In this document: piece after piece, positions 55,960-64,000 of the stretch
How the letters are laid out: every line of letters starts with the position of its first letter
Numbering within the stretch: position 1 is the stretch's first letter
Source of the DNA: Candidatus Tagabacteria bacterium
Lineage (GTDB): Bacteria; Patescibacteriota; Minisyncoccia; GCA-002779875
DNA length: 64,000 bases
Reading direction: 5' to 3'
NCBI GenBank assembly: GCA_963820595.1
Contig: CAWGAO010000007.1
Coordinates: forward strand, 49,071 to 113,070
The notes under the pieces: model-generated
Databases searched by the model: none
Seen by the model: only the letters and a program-made list of their open reading frames with translations
What the model was told of the DNA's origin: nothing
Made by a program: the position numbers and the translations under genes

Positions 55960-56117
55960 TTGGGCCTGATAGTGGTCTCTACTTTTTAGTCAGCTTTTGT
56001 CTCTGACACATAGAGCACATCACCTCCTTTTAGGAAAATCTACTTCGTGATAGAACCAAAGAACTAATCACCACCTTCTAACGATGCTTTTGCAGTATAG
56101 TATGGTGGTTTTTATTG

Positions 56118-56759
56118 TCAATATTTGTAGATATCCTGAAGCTTAATTTCTTTTAATCGGTCTTTAGAAATAGAAACGCCAAATCTTTCAAGAATTTCTA
56201 AAACTCGCAATATAGGAAACCCGACAACATTGAAAAAACTACCGTCAATTGATTCTACCCAATCCCTGTCCTGAATCGCAAAAGCTCCGGCGAATTCAAG
56301 CGGCCTTCCGGTAGAGACATATTCCTCAATCGCGTCATCGCCGTAATCGCGCATTTTTACTTTTGTGGAATCGACGAATGTTTTCATCTTGCCGCTTTTT
56401 GCGTCAATTATCGCCACGCCCGTTAAAATGTCGCAAATTCCGTTGCGGCATAATTTCAAAATTTCCTCGGCTTCTTTTTCATTTTTGGGCTTGCCCAAAA
56501 TTTTATTTTTACAAACCACTATCGTATCCGCGCCGATAACGATAGCATCGATTCTCCGGCGAACGAATTTAACCACCACTCCTTCGGCTTTCCGTAAAGC
56601 CATCTCCTCCGCATATTTTGAAGGCAACAAATTCAAAGGCATCGAGTCCTCGTTAAAAAAACTCGGCGATACTTTAAATTTCAAGCCGGTCATGCTCATT
56701 ATTTCCTTCCTTCTGGGCGAAGACGAAGCTAAAATTATTTTTCTGGATTTTTTATTCAT
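56118..56759 (-). CDS. maf: Maf-like nucleoside triphosphate pyrophosphatase
   Basis: MNKKSRKIILASSSPRRKEIM... and GADTIVV. The track's start at 56810 reads through the hairpin at 56768-56792. Confidence 0.85.
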   Translation of the reverse strand: MNKKSRKIILASSSPRRKEIMSMTGLKFKVSPSFFNEDSMPLNLLPSKYAEEMALRKAEGVVVKFVRRRIDAIVIGADTIVVCKNKILGKPKNEKEAEEILKLCRNGICDILTGVAIIDAKSGKMKTFVDSTKVKMRDYGDDAIEEYVSTGRPLEFAGAFAIQDRDWVESIDGSFFNVVGFPILRVLEILERFGVSISKDRLKEIKLQDIYKY

Positions 56760-56767
56760 AAAATAGT

Positions 56768-56792
56768 GGCCCGCAGAACGCTTCTGCGGGCC
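56768..56792 (-). terminator. GGCCCGCAGAA hairpin (copy 3), abutting the maf start
   Basis: GGCCCGCAGAA-gcg-TTCTGCGGGCC followed by ACTATTTTATG, where the ATG is the maf start. Confidence 0.5.
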
Positions 56793-57111
56793 AACTCGAG
56801 GTTTTCGCAAAAATTATTGCGAAAGTAAGTAAAAAATGCTTAAACAAAACCGGAATTATGGACTATTACCATTGAACCTCCTTTCTTATTCGAATTCGAA
56901 GGGGTAAAAATAAAAAATTGGATTAATCTTGAGGGCCACCTAATCAGATGCCCATCCCCTGCCGATAGATCTCTCCTTTTTTCATGCCTGCGGTCTTTTT
57001 AAGACCCTGGCCATTTAAACCACCTCCTTTCTTAGTTTTAAAACCCCGCAAAGAACTATTAAAATGACCACTTGGTCCAGAATTTTTAATATAGCATACC
57101 CATAAAAACTG

Positions 57112-57762
57112 TCAAGTATAATGCCTTAGATTGAAACGGTAAGGTTTATTTGCCCATTCGCTGGCGTAGGCTACGCCAATTCTTTTGCTGGCTTTAATCA
57201 TTGAGGGTTTAATTTTAACGCCCCTGCCTGCGCAGGCAGGCCTGTCTTCAATCCATAAGCCGGTTTTTTTATTCGCCGGTTTAGCATTGAACTTTTTATT
57301 AATTTTTAAATATTTGGTAATTCGGGCGGGGCCGGTGATTCTATCGGTTTCCCGCACCAAATCGCTTTTCATCCACATTAATTTATTTTTTTTATTTTTC
57401 AGTTTTGCCTTGTTTTTTCTAGAATAATTTGTTCGTGGCGATTGGTACGGGACTACGCCTCTTATTAAAACCGCCGCGGGATAACCTTTTGACCCTGTTA
57501 CAATATTCAGCATCCAGTGCATTCCGTAAGTGAAATAAATATACCAATTCCCCGCTTCGCCGAACATTACTTTATTCCTTTCGGTCTTGCCGCAGTGCGC
57601 ATGCGACGCCTTGTCTTTCGGACCGTCATATGCCTCGACTTCGGTAATCATTAATTTTATTTCTTTTTTGCCGATTCGGCGCACCAAAAATTTACCCAGC
57701 ATGTCTTTCGCGACGGATAGAGTCGAACGGTTAAAAAATTGAGAGGTTAAAATTTTACGCAT
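57112..57762 (-). CDS. mpg: DNA-3-methyladenine glycosylase (Mpg/AAG family) with palindrome-encoded and Lys-rich inserts
   Basis: ITEVEAYDGPKDKASHA...TERNKVMFGEAGNWYIYFTYGMHWMLN. The DRPACAGRG segment is encoded by CCTGCCTGCGCAGGCAGG. Confidence 0.85.
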   Translation of the reverse strand: MRKILTSQFFNRSTLSVAKDMLGKFLVRRIGKKEIKLMITEVEAYDGPKDKASHAHCGKTERNKVMFGEAGNWYIYFTYGMHWMLNIVTGSKGYPAAVLIRGVVPYQSPRTNYSRKNKAKLKNKKNKLMWMKSDLVRETDRITGPARITKYLKINKKFNAKPANKKTGLWIEDRPACAGRGVKIKPSMIKASKRIGVAYASEWANKPYRFNLRHYT

Positions 57763-57775
57763 ACGGCAAATTCAT

Positions 57776-58231
57776 TTATTTCTTTCCGGATAAAAACCGA
57801 TTGGCTTTTTCCAGCACTGCCTGAAGATTTTTATATCCTTTCAGTTTTTCTAATGCGTCCTTGAAGGGCAACCACGCATACCCTTCATGCTCACATGACA
57901 ATTTAATTTTTCTATCTTCGGATTTCATCAAAAAATACGTAACGAATTTTAAAACGTTTTCCCCCGCTTTAAATCCTCTCTCAAGCTGGTAAGGATATTT
58001 TACTTTGAAAAACATTTTTATGGTTTCTTTAAATCCTTCAATTATTATTAAGTTTTCCAAGCCTGTTTCTTCTCCAACTTCTCGTAAAGCGGTTTCTTCC
58101 AATTTTTCGCCATCTTCAATAAGCCCCTTGGGAAACCCCCATTTTTTATCATGCTGGAGCAATAAATATTCAATTTTCCCCCGCGGAGCTCGATAAAAAA
58201 TCACCGCTCCGGCTGATTTTTCTAACGCCAT
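57776..58231 (-). CDS. Nudix hydrolase
   Basis: Nudix box GFPKGLIEDGEKLEETALREVGEETGL. Confidence 0.85.
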   Translation of the reverse strand: MALEKSAGAVIFYRAPRGKIEYLLLQHDKKWGFPKGLIEDGEKLEETALREVGEETGLENLIIIEGFKETIKMFFKVKYPYQLERGFKAGENVLKFVTYFLMKSEDRKIKLSCEHEGYAWLPFKDALEKLKGYKNLQAVLEKANRFLSGKK

Positions 58232-58369
58232 ATATAGCTGGTTATATTTTATCAGACGCGAAGCAAAAAGACAGCTTCACGCTGTCTTTTGGAGTATTAT
58301 TTACTGATTCGATTTTACTTTTTCCAATTAAAGTTAATCGAAAGAATATCTTTGCCAAATCGTAAAAAT

Positions 58370-59269
58370 TTAAGGCTGCAAAATATCTTCGGTACGGCCA
58401 TTGATTGAAATTATAACCTCTTTAATTGTTGGAAATTGTTTTAAAGTCTGGATAATTTGCTGGCTAATTGCTGCTACGCGGCAAGATCCGCCGACCTGGA
58501 ATTCCAACTGCTCGTCAAAATCAACCTTGGCAACGCCGTTCTCTATCGTTAATTTTTGAATTTTAACGCCGGGGTTAATGTTCGTAAAAAATTCTTCCGA
58601 CTTTTCAGAATCTGTCGGACCTTTTAATAATTCCTCAAGCGCCGCTCGCGCAACGGCCTGGGTTTTTATTATTTCTCTTACGACCGGAAACACTTTATTG
58701 CAGGAAAATTCGGGATCCATTTTGCTGTTGTTAAAATAAATATTAATTTTTGTCGTTCCTGCCGATGGACTGATAATTACCGGAACGCGAAACTCTTTGC
58801 TTTTTTCAGGCAAACCCGAAGGATTGTCATTATTAAAAACAAGTACCCCGCTGGTGGTAGCTGAAACGCTAAACTTCAGTTCGGCTTTAAACGGCACGTA
58901 ATCGGTCGTCATCCAGTCGCTAAGCGCGTCTATATGAGTAGATGCCAATTCTTGCCCTTTATCGTTTAAAAGTCTGACCGGAGCCACCGCCTCAAAAAAC
59001 CAGTTTCCTTTCGCTTTCCCTTCTACGGTAACTGGACTCGTAATGACTTCGTTCGGCTGAGGCGAAATTACAACAACGTCGCTTTCTTTTTGGGTCTCGC
59101 CGCAGCCCTCGGTCGGCTTGGCCGCACTCGGATTACCATGCTTTATCCATTCGCCGTTTACGCAAAGCCAAGTGTCTTCATCTCCGCCAACAAAAAATCT
59201 CAAAACAAAAACCGCAAGAATACCCATCAAAATTAAAATACCAATAATTATCAGTTTTCGCTTCGCCAT
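58370..59269 (-). CDS. membrane-anchored GerMN-domain protein (with an Ig-like Gmad2-type N-terminal domain, tentative)
   Basis: C-terminal ...ALEELLKGPT...GVAKVDF...GGSCRVAAISQQIIQTLKQFPTIKEVIISINGR is a GerMN-like pattern. Confidence 0.6.
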   Translation of the reverse strand: MAKRKLIIIGILILMGILAVFVLRFFVGGDEDTWLCVNGEWIKHGNPSAAKPTEGCGETQKESDVVVISPQPNEVITSPVTVEGKAKGNWFFEAVAPVRLLNDKGQELASTHIDALSDWMTTDYVPFKAELKFSVSATTSGVLVFNNDNPSGLPEKSKEFRVPVIISPSAGTTKINIYFNNSKMDPEFSCNKVFPVVREIIKTQAVARAALEELLKGPTDSEKSEEFFTNINPGVKIQKLTIENGVAKVDFDEQLEFQVGGSCRVAAISQQIIQTLKQFPTIKEVIISINGRTEDILQP

Positions 59270-59475
59270 ATGGCTTTATTATACCAAAAAACGAAATCTC
59301 GAAAAAATCAGCGTAAAATAAAATCGGTCAACTCCGACCACGAACGAACGAGTGTAAAAAATATTTCTCTAAAAATGTTCTCGTAATTCTCTCTAAAATA
59401 TACCGAATAAAAATAAGAAGAGGCTAATCAGCCTCTTCTTATTTTTATATAATCTGAAATCTTACATAGCTGTTA

Positions 59476-60709
59476 CTATTGCGTTGGTTTCGAAGACGAA
59501 GGAATGTTTTTAATAACCTGGATCTGGATGCTCGACGGGTCAATTTTTACAACAGACAAATTGAAAGGTAAATTTATATCTTTTTCGTTAATAGGCATCC
59601 GGTGCCAGCCCGGTTTTAAAATATTGGGAATTTCCCCGACATTAACCAGCACTCTTAAGCTCTCGGGCTTGAAAACATCGAAGTCGGAACCTCGACCCTG
59701 AAACGTCACTATCACATCTTGAGGCACAACGTCATTAATGAGAATTTCGGCCGGTATATTCCCGAACTCGGGAGTAACGACGAAATTGCGCTGGACCAAT
59801 GCGAATCTGGAGTGGGCAAAAGAAAAAATCCCCAACGCTATCAGAAAAGAAATCGCCAAAAGAAAGATATTTTTCGCAAACCAGCGGGAAAAAATATTAA
59901 ATTGACGCCGCGGGAATTTTTTGGCGTAAAAATCAACCAATCTTCCCTCTAATTCCTCTTCGCTTTTTATTTCCCTAAGATTCCCGCTTCGGGCAACGCT
60001 GATGGTCCCCCTTTCTTCCGAAACAACTATAATCAGCGCGTCGGAACGCTCCGACAAGCCCAACGCCGCCCGGTGACGCAAGCCGAATCTTCTAACTTCT
60101 TCCATTCGCTCGGCCAAAGGCAAATGAACGGCAAATTTTTTAACTTTATTTCCTTCAATAATAGTAGCGCCGTCATGGCCCGGTGATGTCTTGTCAAAAA
60201 TACTGAAAAGCAAAGGCTCTGAAACTTCGCCATGCAGTCGGTAGCCTCCCTCGAGCTGCCGTTCAATCGATTCGCGGCCCGGAAAAACTATCAAAGCGCC
60301 GGTCTTATCGTGGGCCAATTGATTGACTGCGTGGCTGACTATTCCGATAGTCATATCCGAAGGCGGCGTAAACCGCCGGGCAAACCCTAAAAATCCGAAT
60401 GTAGAAAAGAAATCTGCGCAGCTCTCGTTGAAAAACAATGGCAATAATAATCAGAAATACGCCGAAAAACGAACGGAGAACCAAACTGGTAAGCGGCAGA
60501 TCAAAAAGAACGGCAACGCCGTAAAAACCCAGTAACGTTAAAACACCAGCGACAACGGAAATGGAGTGAGTTTCGCGAAGAATTCTTATGGCGATATAAA
60601 TCAAAAAAGCGATGATAAGAATGTCGAAAAAATCGCGGCTTCCCATTCCGATAATGCTTTTGTATAGGGGCCCTAAAAAATCGTTGAAAAAATCTATTTT
60701 TGCCAGCAT
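59476..60709 (-). pseudogene. cdaA: diadenylate cyclase CdaA fused to a YbbR-like domain, frameshifted in a T-run near 60415-60425
   Basis: The TM domain ends ...IVFQRELRRFLFYIRIF*, while the other frame continues ...DFFSTFGFLGF...TGALIVF...GHDGATII...HRAALGLSE...VSEERGTISV (DAC domain). Confidence 0.8.
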
Positions 60710-60965
60710 GCCAAAATTATATGAACATTAGTGAATAACCCGCCTGCCCGACTTCGTCCATGCGAAGTCGGGCAGGAGTCGGGCGCGGTAATTTTGAGCA
60801 CCCCCTCTTTTACACACAAACAACTTTTTGATTAAGATTTCGGAATTTGTTTTCATAAAATGATTTTCATTTTAAACTTTACTAAATTTTAGTGTTAAAA
60901 GAGGGGGTAAAGGTTTGACACCAGAATTTTTACTGCAAGTAAAAATTCTGGTCAACTCCTTTATT
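60710..60965. repeat. nested-hairpin element, long form (copy B8), at the head of the cdaA transcription unit
   Basis: CCTGCCCGACTTCG-tccat-GCGAAGTCGGGCAGG; TTGAGCA-CCCCCTCTTTTA...TAAAAGAGGGGG-TAAAGGTTTGACAC; CCAGAATTTTTAC/GTAAAAATTCTGG. Confidence 0.85.
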
Positions 60966-61072
60966 TTAACCTAAAAATATAAATTTTCCTACTACCTTGA
61001 AACGGCATCTCGATCCTATTGCATTTTCTAAAAAATATGGTAGGATCCAGGTATATGAATAAAGGAGAAAAA

Positions 61073-61459
61073 ATGCCGCAGGATGCGGAGATGCCGCCGG
61101 AACCAAAATATACTCCCGAAGATTATGAGACTACGGGCCGCGAACTTTTAAAAGCTGACCCGGCACTGGCGCGAGCTTATTTGCGGGCTTCGAATCTTTC
61201 GAAAGCGGAAATTAATAACCTGGTTGATGAGGCCCAGCGGGCTAAGCCTGCCAAAGAAGCGAAAAAGATGAATCCCGAAGAAAAAAAAGACCTTTGGGAA
61301 AAAATGGCCAAAGAATTTGAGGAAAAAGCTAAAAAAATCGAAGAACTGCCCGAAAGCGAAAGAAATGAAAAAACGGAGAAAAGCAAAAAAGAATATCAAA
61401 AACTGGCTCGAGCCTACCGCCGCGAGATCGAAAAAATGGAAAAAAATAAAAAAGAATAA
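61073..61459 (+). CDS. hypothetical Lys/Glu-rich protein
   Basis: AAAGGAGAAAAA precedes the ATG at 61073, which is in frame with the track ORF at 61019. Low-complexity charged sequence. Confidence 0.45.
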   Translation: MPQDAEMPPEPKYTPEDYETTGRELLKADPALARAYLRASNLSKAEINNLVDEAQRAKPAKEAKKMNPEEKKDLWEKMAKEFEEKAKKIEELPESERNEKTEKSKKEYQKLARAYRREIEKMEKNKKE

Positions 61460-61611
61460 ACTTTTGCAATTTAAGCGGAAAATCAAAAAAATCCTTGTCG
61501 ACAGCGACGGGATTTTTTTGATTATGTAATAAATATCAAATCTTGCTTAACGACAGAAAAACGGTGTATATTTGTAATAGAAAAGTTGTTTGAAAAAAGG
61601 AGAAATCTAAT

Positions 61612-63375
61612 ATGAATCTTAAAAACTTGTTTCTGCATTTAGTGTCCTTTGTTTGGACAAAAAAAGGAAGGAAAATAAGCGGTTTATCGACAAAAACTAT
61701 CGGCGCGATATTGGAAGAAAACGCTGAAAAATACGGCAATCAAACCGCAGTGGTGTATTTCGACGAAAATATCCGCTATAGCTGGCGGCAGTTAAACCAT
61801 TTAGTAGACGAAGCGGCAAAAGGATTTCTTGCCATAGGCGTCAAGCGCGGAGACCATATTGCAATTTGGGGCACGAACAGACCCGAATGGCTGATAACGC
61901 AATTTGCGGCGGCGAAAATCGGTGCGGCTTTGGTTGCCATGAATCCCGAATGGAAAACTGAAGACCTGGAATATGCCCTGAAGCAATCCGATTCAAAAAT
62001 TCTCGTAATGCAGAGAGGATTTACAAAAGAAAGCGGCGGGAAAAATTTCAGTTATGATTATATTGCAACTTTACAAAAAATTGCATTAGAAATAAAAAAA
62101 GCTGACCTGGAAAATCTTAAATTGAAAAAACTGCCGGCGCTCAAATGCGTAGTTTTAGTTTCTAAAGAAAAAGAAAGAGGAATGCTTAAATGGGATGTTT
62201 TGCTGTCAAAAGCCGATTCCGTGAATGAAAAGGATTACATCAGACATAAAAAATCGGTAAACCCTTACGGCGTGGCTTTGATCCAATACACTTCCGGCAC
62301 GACCGGTTTTCCCAAAGGCGCGATGCTTTCGCAATACGGCATCGTCAATAACGCCTTTTCCTGCGCTAAAAACATAAAACTGACGAGTAAAGACCGGCTC
62401 TGCGGACCGATTCCCTATTGCCACATTTTTTGCTCAGCCACGCTTAATATCTGTTGCCTGGTAACCGGCGCAGCAATGGTTATTCCGGCGGAACATTTTA
62501 ATGCCAGAAAAACCCTTGAAGCGATTGAAAAAGAAAGATGTACTGTTATTTACGGCGTGCCGACAATGTTCATTTCCCAACTGGCTGACTCCGAATTTTC
62601 GCGGTTTAACCTAGGCTCACTCAGGACCGGCATTATGGCCGGCGCGCCCTGCCCTATCGAACTGATGAAAGACGTGGTTTGCAGAATGGGAGTGAAAAAA
62701 ATGACTATCGCCTACGGCCTGACCGAAGCCTCTCCCATGACTCACCAAACGGACACGGATGACCTGATCGAAAGAAGAACTTCGACGGTAGGCAAACCTC
62801 TTCAAAATACGGAAGCAAAAATTGTCGACCCGCAGACTTTCAAAGAACTCGGCGCAAATGAAACCGGAGAAATTTGGATTCGAGGATACCACGTTATGCT
62901 CGGCTATTACAATAATCCGGGCGAAACGGAAAAAACAATAATTGACGGATGGCTGAGAACCGGCGATTTGGGGATAAAAGACGCCAATGGCTACTATAAA
63001 ATCGTTGGGAGATTGAAAGAAATGTTCATTGTGGGCGGCCATAATGTCTATCCTGCCGAAGTTGAACAAGCTTTGCGTTCGAATTTTGAAAATGAAATCG
63101 AAGATGTCTATGTTTTTGGCGTGCCTCATCAAACTTTGCAGGAAATCGGCGCTGCCGCTATCAAATTGAAATCCGGCAAATCCCTGACCGAAAAGGAAAT
63201 AAAAACAAAGTGCGCGGGTTTGCTTGAATGGCCGAAAGTCCCAAAATATATTAAGTTCGTAAACGACTTTACGAACGTTATGACTCCAACCGGAAAAATC
63301 CAAAAGAAAAAACTGAAAGAAATCCTTGTCAAAGAATTGGGATTGGAAGAACTGGAAAAAATCAAAACGGCGTAA
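61612..63375 (+). CDS. AMP-dependent acyl-CoA synthetase/ligase
   Basis: YTSGTTGFPKGAMLS (AMP-binding motif), GLTEASP, GWLRTGDLG and a C-terminal PTGKIQKKKL. Confidence 0.9.
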   Translation: MNLKNLFLHLVSFVWTKKGRKISGLSTKTIGAILEENAEKYGNQTAVVYFDENIRYSWRQLNHLVDEAAKGFLAIGVKRGDHIAIWGTNRPEWLITQFAAAKIGAALVAMNPEWKTEDLEYALKQSDSKILVMQRGFTKESGGKNFSYDYIATLQKIALEIKKADLENLKLKKLPALKCVVLVSKEKERGMLKWDVLLSKADSVNEKDYIRHKKSVNPYGVALIQYTSGTTGFPKGAMLSQYGIVNNAFSCAKNIKLTSKDRLCGPIPYCHIFCSATLNICCLVTGAAMVIPAEHFNARKTLEAIEKERCTVIYGVPTMFISQLADSEFSRFNLGSLRTGIMAGAPCPIELMKDVVCRMGVKKMTIAYGLTEASPMTHQTDTDDLIERRTSTVGKPLQNTEAKIVDPQTFKELGANETGEIWIRGYHVMLGYYNNPGETEKTIIDGWLRTGDLGIKDANGYYKIVGRLKEMFIVGGHNVYPAEVEQALRSNFENEIEDVYVFGVPHQTLQEIGAAAIKLKSGKSLTEKEIKTKCAGLLEWPKVPKYIKFVNDFTNVMTPTGKIQKKKLKEILVKELGLEELEKIKTA

Positions 63376-63389
63376 ATTAAAATAAAAAA

Positions 63390-63427
63390 GCCGCTCATCC
63401 AAAAGGATAGAACGGTTTTTTTGTTTT
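63390..63427. terminator. imperfect hairpin plus T7 between convergent genes
   Basis: AAAAAAG-CCGCTCATCC-aaaa-GGATAGAACGG-TTTTTTTGTTTT. Confidence 0.65.
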
Positions 63428-63444
63428 AAACGATTTTAAAATTT

Positions 63445-64000
63445 TTATAGGCTATGAATGACTTTTTTATAAAAAATTCTTTTCACCGCCTCCGCCAGAA
63501 AAAGATAAGTTATCATAATTCCGGCAATAGCCAAAAGAGCTCCGGCCGGCAAAGGCTTGAATCGAAATAATTCTCCAAGCGGAGTAAGAGGAGTAATCCA
63601 GGCAATAAAAACTACGAATAAAGTATTTAAAAAAAGAAGGAGCGAAGGCCAGCTCTCGAGAAATGGTATTTTTTTCGTACGGATTACGTATATGACGAAA
63701 ACCTGCGTGGCGATAGATTCCAAAAACCAGCCGGTTTGAAATTCCGATTCCGAAAATCGGAAAACATAAAAAAGAGTTCCAAACGTCAAAAAATCAAAAA
63801 TAGAACTAACCGACCCCAGAATCAGCATAAATTTTCTGATAAATGACATATTCCAGCGAGGCGGTTTTTTAACGTCATCATCGTCAACGTCATCCGTGGA
63901 AAGCGAAAGCTGGGAAACGTCGTAAAGAAAATTATTAAAAAGAACCTGCGAAGGAAGCATGGGCAGATACGGCAGGATAAGAGAGGCGCCCATCATCGAA
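63445..64000 (-). CDS. mgtA: P-type ATPase, MgtA-like, C-terminal part (N-terminus beyond the window end)
   Basis: LPMLPSQVLFNNFLYDVSQLSLSTDDVDDDDVKKPPRWN...FDFLTF matches the MgtA TM6-TM10 region pattern. Confidence 0.8.
   Translation of the reverse strand, partial: SMMGASLILPYLPMLPSQVLFNNFLYDVSQLSLSTDDVDDDDVKKPPRWNMSFIRKFMLILGSVSSIFDFLTFGTLFYVFRFSESEFQTGWFLESIATQVFVIYVIRTKKIPFLESWPSLLLFLNTLFVVFIAWITPLTPLGELFRFKPLPAGALLAIAGIMITYLFLAEAVKRIFYKKVIHSL

Noticed and set aside
55077-56117. Whether the 1-kb ORF-free region encodes tmRNA or RNase P RNA.
   Set aside because: There is no acceptor/T-arm tRNA-like terminus, no tag-peptide frame ending in a typical ...AA stop, and no P4/CR-I or CR-V motif on either strand.

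Overview
A 64-kb, gene-dense bacterial segment of about 40% GC in which nearly every gene is on the minus strand. By inference only, the small proteins, a GAD-less AspRS and a short L13 suggest a reduced CPR/Patescibacteria-like genome. Recognisable content includes scpAB, aspS, the grpE-dnaK-dnaJ operon and an r-protein/rpoA block (rpsI, rplM, rplQ, rpoA, rpsD, rpsK, rpsM, rpmJ, infA). It also holds uvrA/B/C, mnmA, tgt, alaS, pcm, maf, mpg, cdaA, two aldehyde dehydrogenases, an acyl-CoA synthetase and a partial mgtA. Four observations stand out. (1) There are two paralogous modules, each a radical SAM/SPASM enzyme with a translationally coupled small peptide whose C-terminus carries W-x-D/N motifs, next to a homologous HExxH protein; I read these as uncharacterised RiPP-like systems. 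(2) A modular family of nested, co-varying hairpin repeats fills intercistronic gaps, including inside the r-protein operon, and related GC-rich palindromes sit in frame inside tgt, mpg, uvrB, uvrC and mnmA. (3) A tRNA-Lys locus carries a GIY-YIG gene and duplicated tRNA halves. (4) About 11 genes are disrupted: uvrA is in at least 8 pieces, and alaS, tgt, sufS and cdaA are broken. This is either decay or assembly indels. Other oddities are a tetraheme c3/c7-like cytochrome, a 775-aa tandem wHTH-metallophosphoesterase protein, and ORF-free regions containing SD-led mini-ORFs followed by conserved hairpins. No searches were run; every call rests on reading the translations and the sequence.
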